Origin: Hydrolagus affinis
Lineage: Eukaryota
DNA length: 64,000 nucleotides
Direction: 5' to 3'
Assembly: GCA_012026655.1 (NCBI GenBank)
Contig: JAAILG010001123.1
Location: forward strand, 1 to 64,000
Shown: positions 14,701 to 25,051 of the stretch, one piece after another
How the letters are laid out: each line of letters opens with the position of its first letter
Numbering within the stretch: position 1 is the first letter of the stretch
The notes under the pieces: generated by a model
Seen by the model: only the letters and a program-made list of their open reading frames with translations
The model's database searches: none
Told to the model about the DNA's origin: nothing
Program-made: the position numbers and the translations under genes

Positions 14701-17700
14701 GTGCTAAGCAGTGTCCCATTGAGATGACCAATTTATTATTATTGTTTTATTGAGGGATTATTATTAACGCGTGTGGAGTAAGGAAACTTACCCAAGGTTT
14801 CGCCCTGACCTGCCTGGAATCAAACCTAGGTCTCTCGCTTGTAAGGCGAGCGCTCTAACCACTGAGCTACAGGACTCCACGAACAAATGAGCGGCTGTCA
14901 GGCTGGGATGAGGGGGCAGTGAAGGGAGACCTCAGGCACTCGGCTGACAATTTCAATTTCCTGTGCCACAGCCTCAGTGAGCGACAGATCTACCTGTACA
15001 AAGCGGAGGCTCTCTCAGGGGGCACCGTGGCCACCGCCAGCATTGACGTGGCTCCGTCTACTCTCATCCCTTTCTACGACGAAGACACCAGCACCGTTTT
15101 CCTCACTGGAAAGGTAACGTATCATGGTGTTATGCCGGGAGGGGAGCCTTTGATGTGTGAAGTGCACCGTGATAGCAGTGGGGGACAAAGGCTGTCGTCA
15201 ATGATGGAGGAAAGTGGGCCGGCAATGTGTGCGGGGCTGTGTGGTTTGGCTGTGTCAGCAAGTCGGGTCGTGTGCTGGGCTGTGCTGCTGGTTGCAGTGG
15301 TGTGATGTGCTTGGCTCTGCCTTTAAGTCGTGTGTACTTACAGTCACCCACCCCCTCCCTTCCCCCGGGCTCAGGCTCGTGCTCAGACTCTGCCACTGTC
15401 AAACTCTCCAGGACACTACCCTGCGTGAATAGCGCGGTATAAATGCGAGCTGTTGTTGTTGCTAACATGTTCGAGTCGCCTCGTCCTCTGACCGATGCCG
15501 TGTCTCACAGGGCGACACCAAGGTTTGCATCTTTGAGATCCAGAAGGAAGATCCCCACTTCCTGGAATGCAGCACTTTCAGTTCATCGGACTTGCACAAG
15601 GTACAGAGGGCGCAGCACAGTTTACCAACCCACACGGTCACTACACTCAACAAGGTTGTCCGTGAATTGTCTTCTAGACGCTCTACCAAAAGACCACTGA
15701 GCTACAAGAGCTAATTTTTTAAAGTAACCTAAATCAATAATCTGTGAACTGATCGGGCGGGAAGTTTCGTCTGATTTTCCCAAGTGACCAGTGCAGCATT
15801 TTGTTGGGTTAAACATATTTTCATCCCAATGAACAGGCATATTTAAAGCAGGTAAGAATACAAATGAATTGGGGCCAGACATTTCATCTGATTTACCTGG
15901 CATTTAGGGCTAACCAGCGTCCAGCTAAAGTAGATTCCACTGTATTGAAAACTTCAATCTGGTTTTATTTACACTCATTATTTTCACAAATAATCTACAC
16001 ATCAGTTGACAAAGTTGACAGAATTTAAGCCTGTATCTAACTATTCTGAATCCACTCAATATTCATTCCAGCCCTTCTTACTATTGTATTCATGACAATG
16101 CAAGGGGCAGTGGAGGCAGCAACATTGGAATGGTTGAGAATGGAGTCGGTGCTGGGAGTTAGTTTGCTGACCAAGCGGCTCGCTGGCTTTACTAATCTCT
16201 GGCTGTTCCTTTGCTGCTCTCCAGGGCTTAGGCTTCCTGCCCAAGACTGAATGTGACATTCGGAAGGTGGAGTTTGCCCGCGCCTGGCGTCTCAGCCACA
16301 ACTCGTTAGATATGGTGCTGTTCAGCGTTCCCCGAGTCAAGGTACTTTGTGTTTACAGTCCTGTGCCGTGTGTACAATCCGGTGCTGTGTTTACAGTGTT
16401 GCCCTCAGACTCTCTGTGTCTAATAATCCCTGTTTTCTGGCCTAACAGAGGGAATTCTTCCAGGATGATATTTTCCCGGAGACCACCGTGTGGTGGAAGC
16501 CCTCGCTGTCCGCCTCCGCCTGGCTCTCCGGCTCCAACCAACAACATCAGAAAATCAGCCTGCAGCCCAGCGACATGACCCCAGGTAGATCAGCTGGTCA
16601 GGTAGTCAGTGACTGCTATACACAGGCTGGTGTGATTCGCACACTGGTTAGTGCGCGTGGTCAGAGGAGGGAACGCCCACAAAATATACTGTCAATTCAC
16701 TTTACAGTATATTCTGTGAAACGCTTTGAGACGTCTCGAAGACGCTATGTCAGATGTAAGGAATATTATTATAACGGGAGGAACCATCCGCTCATCGAGC
16801 CATGGCCTCTGTCTCTCGGGAAGCTCCGCCATGTCACAGAGTTGCGACCGATTGTGAGTAGGGGGTTGCAGTCCCGGTGCTCTTTCCGAATCCTGGGGTT
16901 TGGGGACCTCAGTAACAGTGTCCCTCCCTCCTCGGGGAGAGGATTGGGAGGTTTAAGGCCTTTCATCCTCACAAAGGCGGTGTCAGGGTTACCCGGCCCC
17001 TTGTAGCGGAGCGGGAAGCCCCATCCTCCCCTCCTGCCCTGGCTCAGCTCAAAATATATGGAAAGTCTTTGGCACACGGGATCTCGGGATCGGGTTGTCT
17101 GTCCTCTGTGATGTTTGAAGGGTAAATAGCTACTTGAGAAATAAGGGCATTAAACAGCATTAGAAAAAGGTGGGTAAAGAGGATTAAAAGATTTGCTGTA
17201 ATCTAATAAACTGGCAGGGCAGACTCAGTGGGCTGAACAGACTCTTCCTGTTTCTATGTTCTTATGCATCTATGGCAACCCTTTAATTCTCATTTCACTG
17301 AATTTCTCCACATCCTTCATTACTGTATCTCCATTTACAGTCTATCCACACAGAGCCATTCAGAGCCCGAGTTGACCTGTCATATTTACGAGACAGTCTG
17401 TGACTCCATTCTCACCGTCGTGATTTCTATTTGCCGGGTGAGCTGTGGAGAACACAAAAGTAACAGCGTGTTTGGCATCATCTCTGAGACGTCTCAAAGA
17501 CGTGATAAGGCGCCATATCAAATGCAAGGATCATTATTGTTATTACTATTATTTGACCCACAGTGAGTGCTGCCCCCAAAGAGGTTCCAGTCAGGAAATA
17601 CCCTACCTCAGCCTTCTACCTGGAGGAGAAAACAGACGATCAGAAGAAAGAGGAGGTAACGCGATTAGCTGTGAAGCTGGGCCGAGTTCTATGTCTGTAC

Positions 17701-20612
17701 TGTGATAATTCCTCATTCATTCAGCTTTCATACACCTCCTCCGTCAATTGGCATGGGCTGCACTGTCTCTCTATGATCCCATTCTAGTTGACCACCCAAC
17801 TCTTGCACAAACAGCTGTGAAAATCAAGACTGTTACCACTGTGTGAAACAACAACAACACGAACAGCAAAACTAAATTACATTTGTACAGCGGACGTCAC
17901 ATTGGGAGGACATCCCAGGGCTCTGGACAATCAGTGTTTCGGACGGGAGCTGAAGGTCAGGATCGGAGAGGCTCTTCAGGTTGTTTCACATAGTGGGAAC
18001 AATCTTGATTTACACAGCCGTTTGCGCAAACATATTCCATAATCCTACAGTCTTGGAGGGAAAATATCAGACCTTCCCATTAGTTTTCCTGGTGATAAGG
18101 TTCTGCCTCTTATATCTGACTCGATTGATGAGATTGATTTGATTTGACCCAGTCTGGTGAAAGGTTGGTGAGGACCTTGGGATACAAGTTAGACCCTGGA
18201 AAGTTAGGAGTAAGAAAGTCATCTGGAACTTGTTGCTCTGGTATAAATTATTGAATATGTTACCAGAGAAGCAGACACTCTGCTGTGATTTGTTTGAGGC
18301 ATTTGTGGAGGGAGCTTATAGAGAGATGGGCTAAAACCAGTCAAGGCTGGCTGTTGGATCTCACTTATATTTCTGCTCTTAAACATTCTTATGTTCAAAC
18401 CACTGCTATATTTAGAGAGAAAGTGAGTCAGAGAGAGAGAGAGAGAGGAAAACAAGCACGCATCTCAGACAGACTCATATGTCAGAGAGAGGAATGAAGA
18501 TAGTCAGAGTGAAAACACTGTTCCCGAGCTGACGATTGACTTGCTTTCATTAGTTAAGTGAAGTCACAGAGGAGACATGATCCAAGTCCTAGAATGGTGA
18601 AGGTATGGATGTGGGCAGGTTAGTTCACGCAACTGACCCAAAGTACAAAGCGCAGTGTTTGTCACTTCAAAATATCTCAAAGCTCTTCACTGGTAATTAC
18701 TGCCAAACATAGCAACTGTTTTTGTAAGTAAATTTTCAAACTTCTTGCCTATATAACCCCCTCTCTCTCTACTCAGCATCAACCTCCGCCTTGTCCTTCT
18801 ACACAACAACAACAACAACAAATTGCCTTAATGTTGCGGCTTTCACGTCAGGAGGACGTCCCAAGCCCTCCCAAGACCTTACCCCACAAGCGCTATATAA
18901 ACGCAAGTTGTTGTTGTTGTTGCTGCCATTTTAGACAATACAAGCCCCCCCCCACCCCCAGTTAAGCAGTGAATGGATCTGAAGGCTGATTGACCAGGAC
19001 ATGGAGAGAAATTCTCTTTAATCATGTCATGGAAACTTTGACGTCTTTGATTTGACAGCATCTCTGCCAATGATGCACTCTTACGCAACTTCATTGGAAC
19101 GTCAGCCTGGATTGTAAACTCAGGCAGGCCCTGATGTAGCAAACATGCTACTAACTGGAACACATGTGAGCTGGTTAATTACCTGCAAGCAAACTAATTG
19201 CACCATGATTCCCAGTCAGTATGGACACCAGGCTCTGTTGGAATGGAAAGGGTAGATGGCTGAGATGGCCTTTTGTTTTTGTTTACTTGTGTTCCAGCCT
19301 CCGTCAGACTGTGGCACTGTCAGCGGCCCCACCAGCGCATGGCATCCAGTGCAGCCTCACCATTCTCCTGGCATTACTGGGAGAGAATAGCAAGAGGAGT
19401 TTGACCTGCCGGCTGGGATTTCCCCCCCCAGCCCTGCTCATTTAAAGAGCACAACCATTAGGGAGTAAGCTGCAAACAGCACTGGCCTGGTGCTGCGATA
19501 CACGGCAAGCAGCTTTGAATCCGGGCGTGTGAAGGGCGCTACATAAATTGTTGTTACATTTCAGCCGCTCACTACATTCTCCCCCTATCCCTGCAGTTGC
19601 TGAACGCCATGGTGTCAAGGCTGGGAAACATGGACGACCCCCTCCCTCAGGACTCATTCGAGGGGGTGGACGAGGAGGAGTGGGTGAGTAAAGTCAGTGC
19701 TTTTCAGGTGCAGCACCAGCACTGGCACAAAATCTGTAAAGCGTATCAAAGCTTCACAAGCCACAGAAATCCCTGCCTTGGCTCAGTTTTAGGCTCAGCT
19801 TTATGTGGCTTCATTCTACATTAGGTGGCAGATGATTTTCATACATTAAAACGTTTGAGCAATTAAGACTAATTGTCTTAATCATTACGCACAAACACTC
19901 GCACACAAACACACCCGCGCAAAAATTTGGGAGGATAATACGTGAACTGGGATTTGAATTTGGCTGAAAAGGAACGAAGCAGAAGTTAGTGGTTAGGGGG
20001 AGCTCGCTCAATAAAGAGTTGTTAAGTTTTCTTATGACTTCAAATCAGGGTCAACTGAAGAATCAAAGAGGCATCAAAGATCTTCCAAAGAGAGTTTGTT
20101 AGGTAGAGTTCGCACACAAGCTGTTGATTGACAGCTAAAGGTCAGTATAGCCAAATGTAAAGAACTGTGTGTAGGTAAGAAACTAGAGAGCACATGTACT
20201 CAATAAGCCAGAACCTGACAAACAAGCTGAACAACAGTTTGATGGTTTTACTCATCATTCACAACGACAGCAATTAACAAAACAAACGATCCTTTTTCTT
20301 TGTTGCTCCCTGTGTCTCCCTCCCTCTCTCTCTCTCTATTTTTGTTTTCCAACTCTTTTTCTCTGTGTCTCCCTCTTGTTTCGTGTTTTTCTCTCTCCGT
20401 CTCTCCCCGTTTCGCACATTTCCTGTGCATGTTGTTAATATCGCAGCTGTCACCCTCCTGCAGGTTAATCTCAGTGGGAAGAAGGTGGTGCAGTCCATAG
20501 AGCTGCTTTTATCGGGTGTGACTTGTAAAGCGTATTAGAATGGCTTGTTACTCAGTGCTGCACTCAACCCGATCGCTAACCTGTCCCTCTCCTGGTTTTG
20601 CAGGACGAATAG
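2711..20612 (+). CDS. CORO7: Coronin-7, 3' part (19 coding exons, ~671 aa; 5' exons lie upstream of the window)
   Basis: GT-AG exons with continuous phase: 2711-2765, 3443-3500, 4341-4486, 4880(or 4886)-4975, 5343-5477, 6103-6250, 6649-6824, 7565-7673, 9169-9255, 12648-12790, 13203-13307, 13945-14030, 14972-15113, 15511-15600, 16225-16341, 16449-16584, 17564-17655, 19597-19683, 20604-20612 (GAC GAA TAG). Coronin motifs [40 protein letters not shown]40 [41 protein letters not shown] and the CORO7-type acidic tail [14 protein letters not shown]. Confidence 0.96.
5000..5302. repeat. Degenerate (TG)n / gactgtgtgt low-complexity repeat
   Basis: Directly visible in a CORO7 intron. Confidence 0.85.
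7880..8480 (-). mobile_element. Degenerate CR1 LINE 3' fragment
   Basis: The minus strand near 8390-8435 resembles the CR1 LY..LVRPHLEYCVQFWAP region; downstream sequence resembles the CR1 ORF2 end. Confidence 0.55.
9309..9665 (-). mobile_element. tRNA-derived SINE, near full length, with an L2-like tail piece nested in its 3' end
   Basis: Reverse complement of the tRNA head (ctgtagctcagtggttagagc), the core ctgtgtgcaattggttgccgcgtttcgccc and the (TTA)n tail. Confidence 0.85.
10120..10330 (-). mobile_element. L2-type LINE 3' end
   Basis: Reverse complement of the LWNSIP...FKARLKKL-type ORF2 end plus the gaaaggcactatgcaaatgtaa tail. Confidence 0.65.
12160..12320 (+). mobile_element. SINE 3' half, followed directly by an L2 3' fragment (to ~12480)
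   Basis: Core gctgtgcgcaattggctgccgcatttcgccc and tail tgtgaagcgctttgagatgtc...gtgaaaagcgct. Confidence 0.8.
13373..13707 (+). mobile_element. Full-length tRNA-derived SINE (Deu-domain-like core, L2-like 3' tail)
   Basis: Pol III A box TAGCTCAGTGG, B box GTTCGAATCC, core ctgtgcgcaattggctgccgc, tail gtgaaaagcgctatatcaaatgcaaggattattatt. Confidence 0.9.
14083..14395 (+). mobile_element. Near full-length tRNA-derived SINE
   Basis: Same family as 13373-13707. Confidence 0.88.
14561..14878 (-). mobile_element. Near full-length tRNA-derived SINE (inverted relative to 14083-14395)
   Basis: Reverse complement of the same family. Confidence 0.88.
17110..17265 (+). mobile_element. CR1 LINE 3' terminus
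   Basis: gggctgaacagactcttcctgtttctatgttcttatg, a CR1-type 3' end with TTCTATG-like terminal repeat. Confidence 0.55.
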
Positions 20613-21080
20613 ATTGCCACGATTGACCTCTGCACAACACAGTGTTTTCATCTCGTAATGGCTGAGCTCAGCCTTCCTGTCTGCCTGAGTGCTATCAATC
20701 ACAAGTGCACTGACAGAGCCCACAGCCTGCTCCCCGCTCCCCAAATGCAGCTTGCTCCTCGCTCCCCGTTCAGCTTCGCTTTCCATTTGCAACTTAACTT
20801 CTTATTGTAGCTTGCCCTCCACTGGCACCTCCCCCCCCCCCCCCACCCCCCTTCCTCCCACCACCCACTACCTTCGCACCGCCTCTGCCTGATTTCTTGC
20901 TCACTCTCAAGTACAGGACCCGCAGCTCGCTCACTTACTGCTCACACCTGTGCCGCACTCCCCACACACCCCCACACACAAACGTGCATCACCCCTGGTC
21001 CCCTGCAGGCCCAGCTGGACCTCCCACCCACTTCTGTTTGCATTGTGCCGGTGCCTTTACTAATCGGCAATCCGGGGTTT

Positions 21081-21090
21081 AATAAATAAA
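21081..21090 (+). terminator. Poly(A) signal of CORO7 (overlapping AATAAATAAA)
   Basis: AATAAATAAA ~470 nt after the CORO7 stop, followed by GT-rich sequence (gttgtgtgtgctg). Confidence 0.7.
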
Positions 21091-22249
21091 AACCTTCGGG
21101 TTAAAACAAAAGGGAACGTTGTGTGTGCTGCTGCTTGTTTCTCCTGCTGAATCGGGAAGAAGGTGAGCAGTGTATTATCGGAACCCTTTGCTGTGCCCTG
21201 CCCAGGAATATGAGAGCAGCCGGGGGGGAGGGGGAGCTATAACCTCCACAAGAGTGAGATTCTCAGGTCAGGGGCAGATTTAGGTTTGAGTTAAGCTACT
21301 GAGAGGAAAAGAGGTTCTTTCGGCAGAGGAAGGAAACCAAATTTTGAGGCAATTTTTGCAATGAACCACATGTCCTCTGTTTCCCTAAATCACTTTTTAT
21401 TAATCCCACTGTCCAGCTCTCTCCTGATATCGCGTAATGCATCAGTTTTGCTGCATATCCTCTCTTCTGAATGATTCTATTGATCCAGACTCAGTAGCCA
21501 CGCAAAATCCTGATTTCCACACACTGCAACAACCCTCTGAGTGAAGAAATTCCTTCTAACCGCTCCCTCCATTCATTCTTCTGGTAACAATGCTGAGGCT
21601 GTCCTGCCTTCTCATTGTTTCCCCAACTAAAACTCCCTAGTTTCCCCCCACCTCCCCAACCCCGCATCATGTCACGACTTCTTTATTTTAAATGCCTCCA
21701 TCACATTCCCACCCCATCTGTGCACTCAATCTCAACGTTTGAGTAATCGATGTACAGAGAAACAGCCGCAACTCAACAACTGACAAAAGCTGCACCAGCC
21801 ACAGCACTTTCCCCCTGGACGCTGTGCAGGGACGGTACAGGATGTGCTGCTGTGTGTGAATTATTTCCTGATATAAACATTGCAGGAAAGAGGATGGGTT
21901 TGGCCTGGACAGCGCTCCAGCTTTAATCCCTCCACGTGCGGACATGAAAGGCTTTGTATCCGGGCGTGTGCTGGAATGATTCACAGGGAGCGTCGCTTCC
22001 TCAAGCCAGCGCATCTTTACTGTTTGTAATGAGTTAAGTCAACTCAACCTTTGCCAAAGGCTGCGATCAGCCCGATTCCTCAGCTCGTGCGCGACACTCG
22101 AATCTAGGAAACATTGCTCTTCTGACCAACTACCCCATCAGACATCTGGTCTGATTCACGTCCACTGGCACAGGTGGGCAAGGTTTCAGACACCACCCCT
22201 GCTCTAACAACAACAACAACATCACACTTGTATAGCGCCTTTCTCTAAG

Positions 22250-22632
22250 GAACTCCCTTTCTGGGAGGCCATTCACGGCCTTGCCCCCACCTATCTCTCT
22301 GACCTACTGTCTCCCTATCTGCCTGCCTTCACCTTCCGTTCAACAGACTCAGGTCTGCTCCATGTCCACCGACCTAACCGCCCAATCATCAGCGGCTGGG
22401 TTTTCAGCCTCTCTGCTCCCACACTGTGGAACTCCATCCTGCAGCCCCTCAGCCTCGCTTCCTCCCTTTCCTCCTTCAAGGTCGGTCTCAAGACCTTCCT
22501 CTTCGACCACGCCTTCTCCCTACCCCAACCCTCCCCACCCCCGCTCGGGTCCCGACCTGACTGTTCAGCTCTTTGGGACGTCCTCCCGACATGAAAGGCG
22601 CTTTGTACGTGCAATTTTTTTTTTTGTTGTTG
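22250..22632 (+). mobile_element. L2-type LINE 3' fragment
   Basis: Encodes FSLSAPTLWNSIL and FKVGLKTFLF (L2 ORF2 C-terminus), then ttgggacgtcctcccgacatgaaaggcgct and a (TTG)n tail. Confidence 0.8.
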
Positions 22633-24050
22633 AATTCCTCCACCTTGTCAATCAGCAAGAAGTGCTGTCAATCAGTTACTCACTGTCAGTCAGAGAACAC
22701 TGAGACAAAGCTTTACTATGTTGGGGGCCATTCAGGGTTCCCCGGGTAAATCTCTGCATGTCAGGAATAGGAGCTTCCAAGCCTTTTACTGCACTCCCAT
22801 CACATTCCTCAAACAAGGTTGTTGTTCCTACAGTCTTTTAAGAAACCATAGAAATAATTAACTAACACATCCTGAAACTCAAGAACCTGTCTATCCTGCT
22901 TCATTTTAAAAGATATTTATTTACCCAGGGTGCAGCCCAATGGTAGGTTAGTGTAATAGTACATTATTATGTTGTAATCCTCCCTTCTTCTCCTCTCCCT
23001 TTTCCTCTCAATCACTCTGCTCCTGGTCCTAGTCACATCCCCGTTTCAATTCTGCCCGGAGCCCTCTGCTGATTGTGCCGACCACCTTTCTTTTCCGAAG
23101 AAAACATAAGGCAACTGGAGTTGAGGCTGCATTTAGCTCAGTTATTTTCAGGGTGAAATGGAGCAGGCGCTGAAAGGGTTAAACAAGAGTGTGTATCGGT
23201 CTTTGCGCACAAGGTGTGAATGCTGGCATTCTGCCCTAGACATTCAGGATACTTAGAACAACCATTGTAACAACAACAACAAATGACATTTGTATAACGC
23301 CTTTCGTTATACAAATGTATAACACCATTTTCGCTGCTGACACCCTGAAAGAAATGTGTAATAAACAGATTAACAGGCACTGCGCGGCATTCCGATCAGT
23401 CCTTGTGTCATTTGTGTTTTAACCACACACGGCAAAATTTGTTCTTCACGTCGCGAGGCGTCCCAAGGCGCCGTGTGTGTGTGTGTGTCTGTGTGAGACA
23501 CAGGTCAACTGTCTAATTCTGTCGAGTGTTCAATCCGTAGCATACAAGCGCCCTCTATTGCTGGACTGTTCAACTTACATGCATGACACTGGCCCAATGG
23601 ATGCTCTGTATACCTAGGCAGTCAGGACATTGCTGCCCTACTTTGCGTATCTTGGACCAAATTGAGACCAGAGCAACTACACTGCAGCTAGTGTGAGCAC
23701 TCAGAAGCATAGACATTTTTTGCATAGGGGGCTTTTATAATAATATAAGTTTCATCTGAGTGAATCTGGACTGCACCTTCCATGTCTCTAGGGCATAGAC
23801 TTTGTGATCAAAAACCCCAAACTGAACCCAGTACTCCCAACTGCAGCCTAAACTGTCTTCTACAATTTCAACTGACATCTTTTAGATGTATTTCCGCATC
23901 TTATAAACGCCAGAACTCATCTGCCTTCATGATAGTTTTCTGTCTGTACCTGTCGACACACTACCAGTGATTTAATAAGGCATCAGCAGACATCAGTGTC
24001 CGTGGTAGAGATCACATCCATTCAGTCACTTTAAGAAACAAATACAACAT

Positions 24051-24894
24051 TTTATTCCATTGAATCTTGTTTTATTTGCTGGATAAATGCTCTTTGAATC
24101 ATCCACGTTTATTCTGTGTAATCTCGTACACTGCAGCTATAATGTGATCCAGGCAGGGCTGCTGCTACTTTAATATTGTGTTCATTTGAGTAGATAGTAA
24201 TGAATGCAGTAACTAACAGAGAGGCCCCTTACATCTCCCCTGCCTTACCAAACAAGTCACTTTCGCGCACACTCACACACACATAAACCCATGGAAACCC
24301 CTCACCCTCTCGGGGCTTTGGTCTGCAATGGAGGAGGTTATTATAGGAAGAAACTGTATCCAGCATAGAGCACCCTGTGCACACACAGCTGACTGGCCCA
24401 ATACCAATCAGCCACTGGGTAAATAGCCATCCGCAGACATCCCCAGTCAGAGCTTTGGACTAGAACATTTATACCTGTTTCTGTGCAGGGGAACAAAACC
24501 TCAAGTCAGTTTGAGACCCACGCCTGGTCTTCACGCTTGGGCAGACTTGTCACACTGCAGAACCCACATCCATCAAACGTCGATCAACACGTTGAGAGTC
24601 AACACACTTTGTGAACGGTCCCCATGGCCACATCCGCTGCTCAGAGCAGACCATCCATTCCGAAAAGCACAGACCAGTCAGCAAGCTGATGGCTGCTTGT
24701 CTGGGAAGTTCTGCCCCATGGGAGCGGCTCTTCTTCCAGGCCAGGCTCTGGGCAGCCGTCCCTCACACCGACAGGCGCCACCGTCGTCTGCGAGTCTGGA
24801 GCGAGATCAGAATTGTTGCTTTGCTTCAGGGTGGCACTTTCACCCTCCGTCCTGTCAGAGGAGACTGGGGTTACACATCTCTCCAGACCACAAG
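24051..24894 (-). other. ANKS3: Probable non-coding terminal exon (3' UTR) of ANKS3 with poly(A) signals
   Basis: GTGAGT donor 5 nt after the stop (25046-25041); pyrimidine-rich acceptor ending at 24895; minus-strand AATAAA at 24113-24108, 24076-24071 and 24056-24051. Confidence 0.55.
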
Positions 24895-25051
24895 CTTTAA
24901 ACATACATGGGGACAGAGAAAGGGGAAATGTTAAAATGCTGGCTGGCATTGTCAGAACCAACTAACAACAACAAAGTTACATTTCTAGAGCGTCTTTCAC
25001 ATCGGGAGGACGTCCCGAGGCGCAACAGGTAGAACATGTAACTCACCCTAG

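Noticed and set aside
23547-23564. CTCF-like motif between CORO7 and ANKS3
   Set aside because: A single imperfect match cannot be supported from sequence alone.
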